Positions 50,469 through 60,896 of a stretch of 64,000 nucleotides of DNA are shown here, piece after piece. The translations under genes and the position numbers were made by a program. Each line of letters starts with the position of its first letter. Position 1 is the stretch's first letter. Location of the stretch: the NCBI GenBank assembly GCA_963733055.1, contig CAVTBR010000003.1, positions 608,001 through 672,000 on the forward strand. The letters run 5' to 3'. Under the pieces are notes generated by a model. It had not been told where the DNA came from. It did no database searches and worked only from the letters and a program-made list of their open reading frames with translations. This stretch comes from Candidatus Bathyarchaeota archaeon. Its GTDB lineage: Archaea > Thermoproteota > Bathyarchaeia > 40CM-2-53-6.

Positions 50469-52859
50469 ATGGTATCTGAACTTCCAGTCAACGCCCTTCG
50501 TTGGACTTGCGATCCTAAGATCATTGGAGGAAAGACGACCGAGGAACTCAAACCCCTACAAATGATGGTGGGTCAACCCCGTGCCAACCAAGCGCTATCT
50601 CTTGGCTTTTCGGCCAAGGAAACCGGCTTCAACATCTTCGTGGCAGGCCCCGCAGGAACCGGAAAAACAACCACCGTAACCGATTTTCTCGATGAACTCG
50701 CGAAGAAATTGCCGACGCCGATGGATTGTTGTTACGTCCACAACTTCGAAGACGAATACCAACCGACCACCCTCCGTTGCCCACCTGGACTGGGAAAACA
50801 ACTCAAACAAGACATGCGGGAGCTCATAGCCGCCGCACGGATTGCCATTCATCAAGTATTCGAGGGCGAAGACTACGCAAGCAAACGAGAAGAAATAATC
50901 AAGAAAGTCAACGCGAAACGGGAAGAAATAATCGCCCGTATGGGCCAGATTGCGGAAGAAGCAGGGTTCATACTTCAGCTGACACCCGTTGGAGTCTCGC
51001 TTGTACCGGTGATCAAGGGCCGGCCCCTAAAGTCAGACGAGTACCTTTCCCTACCAAAAGAAGCTCAACAGAAGTTAGCGCAACAACGGGAGGCTCTTAC
51101 AGAGAAACTGCAATCATCCGTGAAGGAACTACGCGATCTAGAGGCTGCGGCTCGAAACGAAATCGCGGAATTCGATAGAGATGTCACGTTGTATGCGATC
51201 GACCACTTAATGTCCAGTTTACTGGAGAAATACAAACCCCACGAGGAGATTGTCAAGTTTCTACATAATATCCAGACACACATCGGCGAGGACATTGACA
51301 GATTTCGCGGACCGAGCGACGAGAAGAAGAAGGATGCCAAGGAGGAATATGCAGACGAATTAGGATTCCGCGTCTACGAAGTCAACGTGATTGCGGACAA
51401 TTCTGGAACACAGGGTGCTCCGATCATTGTCGAGCAAAATCCAATTTACGACAACGTGCTTGGACGCATTGAGCGAGAGAGCCAGCTTGGAACCCTAACA
51501 ACTGATTTCACGCTAATTCGAGGCGGGTCAGTCCACCGCGCGAACGGCGGCTTCCTTGTAATGCGCGCCGAACAGCTTCTTCGCGACATAATCGTCTACG
51601 ACTCGCTGAAACGAGCCCTAAAGTCTGGAGAGATTCGTATAGAGGATTTACCGCAGCGGATTGGCTACGCGAGCGTTAGGTCACTCGCCCCCGAGCCGAT
51701 TCCTTTAGAATTGAAGGTGATCCTCATTGGGGACTCGAGCATGTACCAATTGCTGTATGCATACGATCCGGAATTCAAAGAGCTATTCAAAGTAAAAGCA
51801 GAATTCGACTCAACTATGGCGAAGACTGAGGCAAATATACGGAACTATGCAGGGTTCTTTACCACCCTCGCCATGAATGAAAACCTGAAACACTTAGACG
51901 CCTCAGCGGTAGCTCGCCTAATAGAACACAGCTGCAGGCTGGCTGAGGATCAGGATAAACTCTCGACGCAATTTGGTTTGGTCGGTGACGTTGTGCGTGA
52001 AGCTCATTTCTACGCCCAACAGGACAATTCAAAGTACATCACGAGAGACCACGTTGAGAGGGCCATTGAGGCCAAGATTTACCGGTCTAATTTGATTCAA
52101 GAGAAACTGCGCGAGTACATTGAGAAGAACATCATTTTCATTTCAACCGACGGTGAGGCTGTTGGACAAATTAACGGACTTTCGGTTCTCAGCCTTGGTG
52201 ATTTCTCTTTCGGCGCTCCCTCACGGATAACCGTAGCCGCGGGGTTGGGGAAGGAGGGGTTGGTTGACGTTCAGAGAGAAGTAGCAATGAGCGGCCCGAT
52301 ACATGGCAAGGGAGTTATGATAATTGCGGGCTACATCGCCTCGAAATTCGCGCGGGACAAACCTCTCACACTATCCGCCAGAATAGTGTTTGAACAGAAC
52401 TACGAAGGGGTGGAAGGAGACAGCGCCTCAAGTACAGAGCTGTACGCACTTCTCTCAGCACTATCAGGGGTTCCGATCAAGCAACACTTCGCCGTGACTG
52501 GATCAGTCAACCAGAAAGGTGAAGTTCAACCGATCGGAGGCGCCAACGAGAAAATCGAAGGATACTTTGAAGTGTGCAAGGCCAGGGGCCTCGACGGACA
52601 GCACGGCGTAGTGCTACCGAAAAGCAATGCTCGTAGCCTCATGTTGAAACAGGAAGTGCTGGACGCTGTGAAAGCCGGAAAATTCCACATATACCCAGTA
52701 TCAACGATCGAAGAAGGCATCGAAGTTCTAACTGGCGTTCCTGCCGGGAAGCAGCTTCCGAACGGCGGATACGAAGAGAATACCATCTACGGGCTCGTTG
52801 ACAAGCGTTTGAGGGAGATGGCGGAAACAGTGAAACGTTTCCAAGCGTTCTCGATGTAA
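50469..52859 (+). CDS. Lon-like (LonC/AAA_32 type) S16 protease
   Basis: GPAGTGKT, coiled-coil insertion, HRANGGFL, GDSAS (Ser) and GGANEKIEG (Lys) dyad; no TM. Confidence 0.92.
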   Translation: MVSELPVNALRWTCDPKIIGGKTTEELKPLQMMVGQPRANQALSLGFSAKETGFNIFVAGPAGTGKTTTVTDFLDELAKKLPTPMDCCYVHNFEDEYQPTTLRCPPGLGKQLKQDMRELIAAARIAIHQVFEGEDYASKREEIIKKVNAKREEIIARMGQIAEEAGFILQLTPVGVSLVPVIKGRPLKSDEYLSLPKEAQQKLAQQREALTEKLQSSVKELRDLEAAARNEIAEFDRDVTLYAIDHLMSSLLEKYKPHEEIVKFLHNIQTHIGEDIDRFRGPSDEKKKDAKEEYADELGFRVYEVNVIADNSGTQGAPIIVEQNPIYDNVLGRIERESQLGTLTTDFTLIRGGSVHRANGGFLVMRAEQLLRDIIVYDSLKRALKSGEIRIEDLPQRIGYASVRSLAPEPIPLELKVILIGDSSMYQLLYAYDPEFKELFKVKAEFDSTMAKTEANIRNYAGFFTTLAMNENLKHLDASAVARLIEHSCRLAEDQDKLSTQFGLVGDVVREAHFYAQQDNSKYITRDHVERAIEAKIYRSNLIQEKLREYIEKNIIFISTDGEAVGQINGLSVLSLGDFSFGAPSRITVAAGLGKEGLVDVQREVAMSGPIHGKGVMIIAGYIASKFARDKPLTLSARIVFEQNYEGVEGDSASSTELYALLSALSGVPIKQHFAVTGSVNQKGEVQPIGGANEKIEGYFEVCKARGLDGQHGVVLPKSNARSLMLKQEVLDAVKAGKFHIYPVSTIEEGIEVLTGVPAGKQLPNGGYEENTIYGLVDKRLREMAETVKRFQAFSM

Positions 52860-52863
52860 AGGC

Positions 52864-53995
52864 TCACTCTATAACACGTATGTTCTTTCTTGTGCACATA
52901 TCTTTCAGAATCTTCGGCCAGACCGTGACGCTGACCTCACCAAGGTGAGCTTTCCGCAGCAGATACATGTAGGTCCGGGACTGCCCGATACCGCCCCCGA
53001 TGCTGAGAGGAAGTTCTCCGTTTATGATTCCTTGGTGGTATGGGAAGTTCAGGAAGTTCAATTGTCCTGAGAGTTCAAGTTGCTTCTTCAACGAGGCCGC
53101 GTTGACGCGAACGCCCATTGATGTAAGTTCGTGCCGACGCTTCGTCACAGGGTTCCAGACCAGAATATCGCCATTCAACCCATGCATGGGCCTCCCGTCT
53201 TCCGATCTTGTCTCTGTGACCCAGTCGTCGTAGTCTGCGGCCCTCATCTCATGTGGGTAACCATCTTTCAGAACCCAACCAATTCCAACAATGAAGATCG
53301 CAGGATATTTCTGGAGAATCGCGGTCTCGCGCTCTTTCCGTGGCATATCTGGGTATTTGTCTAGAATTTCTTCGGCGTGGAGGAATGTGATCTCTTCTGG
53401 CAAGTTTGGATATTTGTTGGTCTTGAGTTGGGGAAACGCCTGTTGCACATGTGTCTCCGCGCCTTTGAGAACCTTCCAGATCTTGCGAACGGTGTCCTTC
53501 AGGTAGGTGAGATTTCTCTCCTTTTCAGTGATTGCTTTTTCCCAATCCCACTGGTCCACGTACTGCGCTGTGGTCGTGGTCCAGAAAGTAGTCCTTACGA
53601 ACCGCACGCATATCGGTGCAGATTCCTTCCCCAACCTTCATCCCATACTGCTTGAGAGCCACCCTCTTCCATTTGGTTGCGGCCTGAACTACCTGAGCAT
53701 CGATCGGGTGCTTGTTATGGTCATTAGAGATGTGGAATTGCACCGGCGTTCTTGAACCGTCGCGGTCGAGCATATCGTTGACGCCGCTTTCCACATCGAC
53801 TATCAACGGAACTTGAACCATCATCAGGTTCAATTCCTTGCAAAGGTTCTGTTCGATGTAGTTCTTTGCCGCGAAAATTGCTTGTTGAGTATCTTTTGGA
53901 TTGAGCAGAGAACGGTAATCGTTAGGAAGAATCTTGTCCAAGTCCTCGTAGTTGCCGATTCCCGGCCCCGCGAGGTCAGCTTTCTTACTTGACAT
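52864..53995 (-). CDS. asnA: Aspartate-ammonia ligase AsnA (1-nt insertion at ~53563)
   Basis: SGVND.L, VVQAATKWKR, HSA-YVDQWDWEK, RAADYDDW, GLNGDILVW, SIGGGIGQSR. Confidence 0.92.
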
Positions 53996-54263
53996 ACCCG
54001 TCGAACTTCGAAAACAATGTGCCCTTATTACGCCTGCCACTGTTTACCAAGAATGGCAAATGCGGCAGCCATACTCGCCAGTAAGAGCATGTAGAAGGTA
54101 GAACTCGTCCAGTCGAAAGACACTGTTTCCTGGGCTATTAGTGGATTCGATAACCAAAATCAGAGCTCAAATTTGCGCTTCCGCATCAGCTGTACAAAGA
54201 AAGGCCGGAAGGGACTAAAGCCCAGCCTAAGGTGGTATAATACACAAACGTCAGGTCAGAAGG

Positions 54264-55193
54264 ATGACGGAGCCTATTTCAAATCCTCTAATCATCATTG
54301 GGGCACCAAGCAGCGCCGGAGCTTATGCACCTGGACAGGAAAAGGCTCCGGGGGCTCTACGTGCTGCTGGTTTGCTCGAGTGCCTGCGCTCTCACGGCAT
54401 CCGTGTTGATGATCGGGGGGACGTTCCAGGTTTTCGATGGCGTGCCGACAGAGCAAATCCACGCGCCATGAACGCAGACAATGCCACAATGGTCGCTAGA
54501 GCTACCGCAGACCGCGTTGCCACCGCACTCGCTGAGGGTTCGGCAACGCTTGTCCTAGGTGGCGACTGTACAGTTGGACTGGGCACGGTGGCCGGCGGGC
54601 TTCGTGGGACTGAGAATATTGGGCTTGTTTACATTCACCTCGACACTGACTTGAACACACCAGAAAGCACTGAGGACGGGGCCCTCGACTGGATGGGAGT
54701 CGCACACATGCTCGGAATTCAGGGTACGGTACCAGGGCTCGCTGGATTTGGTCCGCGTGTACCGATGCTGCGCCCAGACCAAGTTCTCTTCTTCGCCAAT
54801 GACAACTCCAAGCCATTCGAGCGGAAGATCATTGAAGAACGAGGCATCGCGGAAGTTGGACTGGCGGCCGTCGTAGCCGATCCGTCTGGTGCTGCACGGT
54901 CTGTGGTGGACGGCTGGGCTCACCGCTTTGATCGCTTACTCGTTCATCTGGATCTTGACGCCCTTGACTTCCTCGATATGCCTCTAGCCGAAGAACGCCG
55001 TCGCAACAGAGGCCTCCGATTCGACCAACTCATGGCAAGTCTTCAGGTGTTCCTGCAGGCGCGGAATTGGGTTGGGCTAACGGTTACAGAGTTGAACCCT
55101 GACCATGGGGAAAGTGATGGCTCTACCTTACGTTCGTTTACCGAGAGGCTCTCGGACGCCTTATCCTCGTCCCCCCGGCTTCATAGCGACTAA
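54264..55193 (+). CDS. Arginase/ureohydrolase family protein with variant metal ligands
   Basis: APGALRAAGL, LGGDC, YIHLDTDLNTP, HLDLDALD, TELNP motifs. Confidence 0.88.
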   Translation: MTEPISNPLIIIGAPSSAGAYAPGQEKAPGALRAAGLLECLRSHGIRVDDRGDVPGFRWRADRANPRAMNADNATMVARATADRVATALAEGSATLVLGGDCTVGLGTVAGGLRGTENIGLVYIHLDTDLNTPESTEDGALDWMGVAHMLGIQGTVPGLAGFGPRVPMLRPDQVLFFANDNSKPFERKIIEERGIAEVGLAAVVADPSGAARSVVDGWAHRFDRLLVHLDLDALDFLDMPLAEERRRNRGLRFDQLMASLQVFLQARNWVGLTVTELNPDHGESDGSTLRSFTERLSDALSSSPRLHSD

Positions 55194-55228
55194 CATTTGT
55201 AAACAGAAGCTCCAATAGTCCCATAAAA

Positions 55229-55335
55229 TGGTGGGCCCGGAGGGATTCGAACCCTCGACCAGCAGGTCCCTCAGGACTTCTTATGAGCTTCGACGTTCGA
55301 ATTCTGTCGCTCTAGCCTAGCTGAGCTACGGGCCC
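55229..55335 (-). tRNA. tRNA with CAT anticodon, Ile2-type, with introns at 30/31 (55289-55303) and 37/38 (55268-55281); CCA encoded
   Basis: GGGCCCG acceptor stem is typical of tRNA-Ile(CAU); removing 15+14 nt gives a 78-nt cloverleaf; central helices CGAC/GTCG and CTCA/TGAG. Confidence 0.9.
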
Positions 55336-55502
55336 AAACACAGTCAGCCTCATGCACCCCAGTCAGAAAAAGCTTAGCACCAGCGCATTCCTGAGTGGAA
55401 CCGACCAATTCTGTTAGGTCCCATGTTGATTGGGTTGGTGAAAACGCATGAAATTCCTTATATTGACACCTAGCGGCATACGCACTCCTCTGTGATTAAT
55501 CA

Positions 55503-56297
55503 GTGCCGAATTCAACGCCAGTCACGGACATAGTAAAGGAAGCGCAACGGATTATTGACGAGGCCGAGAAAAGCCAGATAACCCTTCGCCTGTTCGGGGG
55601 TTTGGCGGTTCGGTTTCATTCTCCAAGCGCGACGCACAGGTCGCTGTCTCGCAAATACGCTGACATCGATTTTATGGGGTTGAAGAAGCAGGCGCGCAGC
55701 ATGAAGAAACTGTTCATAGGCCTCGGATACACGCCACGCGACATCTTCAACGCACTGCATGGAGACACCCGCCTCATCTTCAACGACATTGAAAATGGAA
55801 GACGGGTCGACATTTTCTTAGACGTATTCGAGATGTGTCATAAACTGAATTTCAAAGACCGCCTGCTGATTGACAAATACACGATTCCTCTCGCGGACCT
55901 GCTGGCGACGAAGCTTCAGGTGGTCGAAATAACCGAGAGGGAGTACCGTGATATAATCTCAATCCTGCACGACCACGAGATCTCAAACACGGAGACACCG
56001 GAAATGATTAACGGCCAATATCTCGCGGACCTATGCGCCGGGGACTGGAGGATATACAAGACATTCATGGTCAATTTGGAGAATATATCGACGGGGCTTG
56101 CTCAGTATCAACTTGACAAGGATACAGAGCAGACTGTACGAAAACGAATTGAGGATTTGAAGGGGCGAATAGAGAACGCGCCTAAGAGTATGGGCTGGAA
56201 GCTTAGAGCCAAGGTAGGCACGAAGAAGCAATGGTATGAGCTTCCTGAGATGGACAAAGAAGTCGTAGACTCACGCATTACTAAGGATGCAAACTGA
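55503..56297 (+). CDS. Hypothetical nucleotidyltransferase-fold protein
   Basis: LRLFGGLAV...YADIDF...RVDIF resembles the Pol-beta hG[GS]..DhD..D pattern. Confidence 0.7.
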   Translation: MPNSTPVTDIVKEAQRIIDEAEKSQITLRLFGGLAVRFHSPSATHRSLSRKYADIDFMGLKKQARSMKKLFIGLGYTPRDIFNALHGDTRLIFNDIENGRRVDIFLDVFEMCHKLNFKDRLLIDKYTIPLADLLATKLQVVEITEREYRDIISILHDHEISNTETPEMINGQYLADLCAGDWRIYKTFMVNLENISTGLAQYQLDKDTEQTVRKRIEDLKGRIENAPKSMGWKLRAKVGTKKQWYELPEMDKEVVDSRITKDAN

Positions 56298-56385
56298 ACC
56301 AAGGACATTAATGATTGAACTCTTGGCTTTTTCCTGTGGCGTTAAATAACTCGACCTGTTAACTAGATATGCGGAACTGTGTGAC

Positions 56386-56709
56386 ATGGAAGAAGCGAAC
56401 GAAGAAAAGAAAACGCCGACCAAATTAGAGATTGACCGGCCGCAAGATTTCAAATTCCATCTCGCATACGAGGTTTATTCGAAGGCTTGGGATGAAAACG
56501 CCTCCGACGAAGCTAGATCAAGGCTCAACGGACTCATATCAACCCTCGCCGACAATGCGGATGGGTTCACAGACTTTTACTCGCAGGTTCAGCAATACCG
56601 GGGAGGAACAGGATCCTTCGGCTCCGGCAGGACCAGAATTGAAACCAGCCGTAAACGCAGCTGGCAAAGAGAACAGAATCGCGCGGGTAGAGACCGAAGA
56701 CACCGATAG
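56386..56709 (+). CDS. Hypothetical protein with basic C-terminus
   Basis: 107-aa ATG ORF filling the gap before tRNA-Glu. Confidence 0.7.
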   Translation: MEEANEEKKTPTKLEIDRPQDFKFHLAYEVYSKAWDENASDEARSRLNGLISTLADNADGFTDFYSQVQQYRGGTGSFGSGRTRIETSRKRSWQREQNRAGRDRRHR

Positions 56710-56774
56710 CGCGTCCCGCTGCTTGAAACCTGAAGCTTAGATTTCCCGATTTATCCCGAAACGGAATGGTTTCG

Positions 56775-56892
56775 TGGTGCTCCGGGCGGGATTTTCAGCG
56801 AACGGCCGTTCGCTTTTGAACCCGCGTCGCTGACTCGAGAGGCCAACATACTTGACCGGGCTATATTCGGTAGCTTACGCTTCTACCGGAGC
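56775..56892 (-). tRNA. tRNA-Glu(CTC) with introns at 10/11 (56866-56882) and 59/60 (56792-56814); CCA encoded
   Basis: Removing 17+23 nt gives a 78-nt cloverleaf; splice motifs CGGT/ACCG (AG^A, AA^T) and TTCA/TGAA (AA^A, AA^T). Confidence 0.93.
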
Positions 56893-56961
56893 CCTGAAGC
56901 CCGGAGCAAGCCGACTTACGCGGTTACAATCTATTTTAAGCGTGCGTTAGAGCGTGGGGTC

Positions 56962-58598
56962 TTAGTAGTCACCCATGTCTCCGCCACCGCCTCTCGGTGG
57001 GGGCGCTGGTGGAGGTTTTGCGGCCGCTATGACGTCGTCAATTCTGAGTATCATCGAGGCAGCTTCGGTGGCTGATCGGATCGCATGTTCCTTAACCTTC
57101 ACTGGTTCTACGACTCCTTGTTTCTTCATATCCTTCACGCCGCCCTTGAACACGTCTACGCCCTGGTTTACTCCCTCTTTCTTGTCGTGCGCTGATCGAA
57201 GGGCGACCATAATATCGATTGGGTCGAGGCCCGCGTTTTCTGCGAGCGTTTTTGGAATTGCTTCGAGAGTCTCGGCGAACGCCTCTATCGCGAGTTGCTC
57301 ACGCCCACCGACTTTGCTCGCATAATCCCTGAGTCGCTTGGAGAGTTCAGCCTCAATTGCGCCCCCTCCGACTACAACTTTGGGTTTCTGAACCACATCA
57401 ATCACGACTGAGAGAGCATCCTTCAAAGCCCTTTCAGCTTCGTCCACTAGACGTTCAAGGCCTGCTCGAATCAGGACGCTAACAGATCGTGGGTCTTTGC
57501 ATCCTTCTATGAATACCATCTTGTCGTCCCCAATCTTTCTCTCTTCGACGAGGTCCGCCTTTCCTAGGTCTCCGGCTTTCAGGTCATCTAGGTTTGTCAC
57601 AATCCTCCCTCCAGTTGCTCTGCCGAGCTTTTCCATATCGGATTTCTTGATTCTTCTTACCGCGAGCATTTCCTTCCTTGGCCAGATAGTGTTGTGTAGT
57701 GTCGTCGATCCCTTTTTGGCAGAGCACCACGTTGGCGCCTGAAGCCTTGATTTTAGTGACCATCTCCTTCATCATTCGCGTCTCTTCGTCGAGAAAGGCT
57801 TTCATTTGGGACGGGTCGTTGATTCGGATCTCGGCTGAAATTTCGGTCTTCTCAATCTCTAACGCAGCGTCGAGAAGGGCGATCTTAGCGCTCTTTACCT
57901 GTTTCGGCATGCCTGGATGAACGACTTCCTTGTCTACGATTATTCCTCTAATCAATTGCGTATCCAGCAGGCTCTTCCCTTCCTTTTTCACAAGCTGGAT
58001 ATTGTCGATGTCGGCATACCAAGAATCACCACGTTTCTCCTTCACCTGTTGCACGGCTTCTATTGCGATGTCCGCGAAGTGCTCACGCGCGCCGCCCAAA
58101 CCTTTGCTGTGCATGGCGGTCATGGCGACTTTCTTCAGAGTGGCATTATCATCAGCTTTGATGGGTTCAGAAAGCGAGTCGAGAACTGCGATCGCTTTAT
58201 CGGCTGCTTTCTTGTAGCCCGCTACAATCGTAGTTGGATGAACTTCGTCGTCGAGAAGGTCCTGTGCTCGTTTGAGTAAACCACCCGCCAGCACGACGGC
58301 TGTCGTGGTTCCGTCGCCTACTTCGTCATCTTGCGTCTTCGCGACCTCAACGATCATTTTAGCCGCAGGATTTTGCACGTCCACCTCGTCCAACACAGTC
58401 GCGCCGTCATTCGTGACGGTTACATCGCCTAGACTGTCGACGAGCATCTTGTCCATTCCACGGGGGCCAAGAGTGGTTTTGACAACTTCGGCAACGATGA
58501 TCGCGGCAGTGATATTACTCCGCTGAGCATCTTGGCCGCGGTTGCGAGTAAGATCCTTCTTTCAATATGAGTACGGGTTGACCTGTCAAATAGGACAT
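56962..58598 (-). CDS. ths: Thermosome subunit (group II chaperonin), with two 1-nt insertions at ~58550 and ~57670
   Basis: [52 protein letters not shown]; GAGGT SD before the ATG. Confidence 0.96.
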
Positions 58599-58860
58599 TT
58601 TTGTTACCTCAGGTGACTACTACATCATAAAAATCGGAGGTACATAAGTATTTTTCTGAGAGAGAGCTAAGCGACCTCCACGGCTGTAGAATGGCGTTCG
58701 CGAGCGCCTTCTGTGATAGTCTTAGTGGATGCGTTCTTCGATCCGCTTCTGTGAAGGTCAACTTCAGTTAGATCGAGGAGCTAGCGAAGTTATTATATTC
58801 GTCCGGACATGCGCAAGAAATCGTTCTCGTAATTCTCGGGAATGTTTGAGGAAAATCGGT

Positions 58861-59563
58861 TTGCCTGTTAATTTCATGGTTGGAGCTAAGAACCTCCGGA
58901 ATAGCACACTGATAACTGGCTTCCACGGTGTAGGCGAGACAGGCTACATTTCAGTTTCATACCTAGTTCACTCTTTGAACGCCAAGAGGATTGGTTTCAT
59001 AGATGTAGCCCACCCACCCCCCTTCATCGCCACCTCCGAAACCGGGCTCGTCACACCATTCGAAGTCTATCGGGCCGGGAGAATCATACTTGTGAAGCTG
59101 GAATTTTCACCACACAGAACAGAAGAGTCGGAATTTGCAAAGACGCTCGCCCAGTGGGCGATGAACAATAAATTCAGAGACGCCGTGATGATAGGTGGTT
59201 TGGACGCAAGTCTGCAGGAAGGGTCGGATTCGATTCGGATAGTTCCAACTGCAAGCTACCCGCCAAAAACTGTGAAGATGAAGCACACAATGCTAGAGCC
59301 AGGCCTCTTCGTTTACGGTCCCTTGGCCGTCATGCTTGGGGAATTCGAAAAACAAGACTTCCCCGCCGTCGCCGTCCTACCCTACGCCTCTGCCGAGCAC
59401 GCTGATCCCAAGGCCGCGGCGACCCGCGATCAAGGCCGTTTCGAAGGGTTACGGACTCAAAGTCGACGTGAAGGATTTGGAATACGATGCGGCGGATATT
59501 GAAGAGGAGATCGATAAGCGCCTACAACAAACGGCCCGATCGCTGCGGGGAATGTACGGTTAG
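58861..59563 (+). CDS. PAC2-family proteasome assembly chaperone (1-nt insertion at 59423-59425)
   Basis: LITGFHGVGETGYI, IGGLD, GPLA, DPKAAA motifs; terminal MYG in the second frame. Confidence 0.88.
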
Positions 59564-59636
59564 GCCGGAAATCTTACATTTGCGTAGCCAATTTGGGGAA
59601 AGTCGACGGTTTCACGAAGAGATTAGCTGATTACGG

Positions 59637-60896
59637 ATGCAATTACGGTTTCTCGGAGCTTGCCAAGAGGTAGGACGCTCCGCCGTTGCGGTCAAAACCG
59701 CGCGGAGTCAGATCCTCATGGATTACGGGGTCATGATAAATCATGAAGTGGGTTTCCCAGTTCATATCTCGCCCAAAGACTTGGACGCGGTGGTTCTCAC
59801 ACACGCGCACCTCGACCACAGCGGCCTGATCCCACTATTCTACGTTCATGCCCTAAAACTACCGGTCTACGGCGTTGAGCCAACATTCAAACTAACTAGC
59901 GTGCTCGTCCGTGACATGATCAAACTCAGCGGGTACTATCTACCCTTCGAGTATATCGACTTGGAGAGCATGATGGCTCATGCGGTTCCCGTGGATTATC
60001 ATTCACAATTCTCAGTGAACGATGCAAAGATTACTCTTGTAAACGCAGGCCACATACCCGGCAGCGCCCAGGTAATCGTTGAAAACGATGGGAAGCGCAT
60101 CCTCTACACGGGGGACTACAACCTCGTCCCGACACACCTGGTGGGCGGAGCTGATAGAGAGTACAACAACCTAGACGCACTGGTTATCGAGAGCACCTAC
60201 GCGGGGCAAGACCATCCCGATAGGGCGGAGTCGGAACGCAATTTCGTATTAGCGTGTAAAGAGGTCGTCGAAGGCGGCGGCACCGTTCTGGTTCCAGCTT
60301 TCGGCGTTGGCAGGTCTCAAGAGATACTTTGTATGCTCGCCGGCCACAATTTCACATACCCAGTCTCCGTGGACGGCATGGCGTTGGATGCCATTAGAAT
60401 GCTGGAGGAATACCCTAAGGCTCTGAAGGACGAGCAACTCTTCCGATCGGCGATGAGGGATGCCGACCAAATAAGAAACTGGCACGAGCGAAGACACGCA
60501 GCCCGCATGCCGGGTGTAATTGTTTCACCGGCGGGCATGCTGAAGGGCGGAGCCTCAGTGTTTTACATGGAAAACATTGCGTTGAAGGAAGGCAATGGCA
60601 TATTCCTAGTTAGTTATCAGGTTGAAGGTTCACCAGGCAGAATCCTCCTTGATGAGGGGCATTTCATTCTGCACGGTAAGACACGAAAAGTGAACGCTCG
60701 CGTCGAGAAATACGACTTCTCATCCCACGGGGGTAAGACACAGCTCCAAGAAACACTCAAAGAAGTCGCCAAGAGGACACGAGTCTTTGTCGTACACGGC
60801 GACCAGTCAAATTGCAAAGGCCTTGCGGATTGGGCGTCCCAAGAATTGGGCCTGCAGACTGCAACCCCAAAGCCCGGTGAAGTATTCGATGTCTGA
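59637..60896 (+). CDS. Beta-CASP metallo-beta-lactamase ribonuclease (aCPSF2-like)
   Basis: EVGRS, THAHLDHSG, AGHIPGS, TGD, ESTY, FSSH and VHG motifs. Confidence 0.93.
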   Translation: MQLRFLGACQEVGRSAVAVKTARSQILMDYGVMINHEVGFPVHISPKDLDAVVLTHAHLDHSGLIPLFYVHALKLPVYGVEPTFKLTSVLVRDMIKLSGYYLPFEYIDLESMMAHAVPVDYHSQFSVNDAKITLVNAGHIPGSAQVIVENDGKRILYTGDYNLVPTHLVGGADREYNNLDALVIESTYAGQDHPDRAESERNFVLACKEVVEGGGTVLVPAFGVGRSQEILCMLAGHNFTYPVSVDGMALDAIRMLEEYPKALKDEQLFRSAMRDADQIRNWHERRHAARMPGVIVSPAGMLKGGASVFYMENIALKEGNGIFLVSYQVEGSPGRILLDEGHFILHGKTRKVNARVEKYDFSSHGGKTQLQETLKEVAKRTRVFVVHGDQSNCKGLADWASQELGLQTATPKPGEVFDV

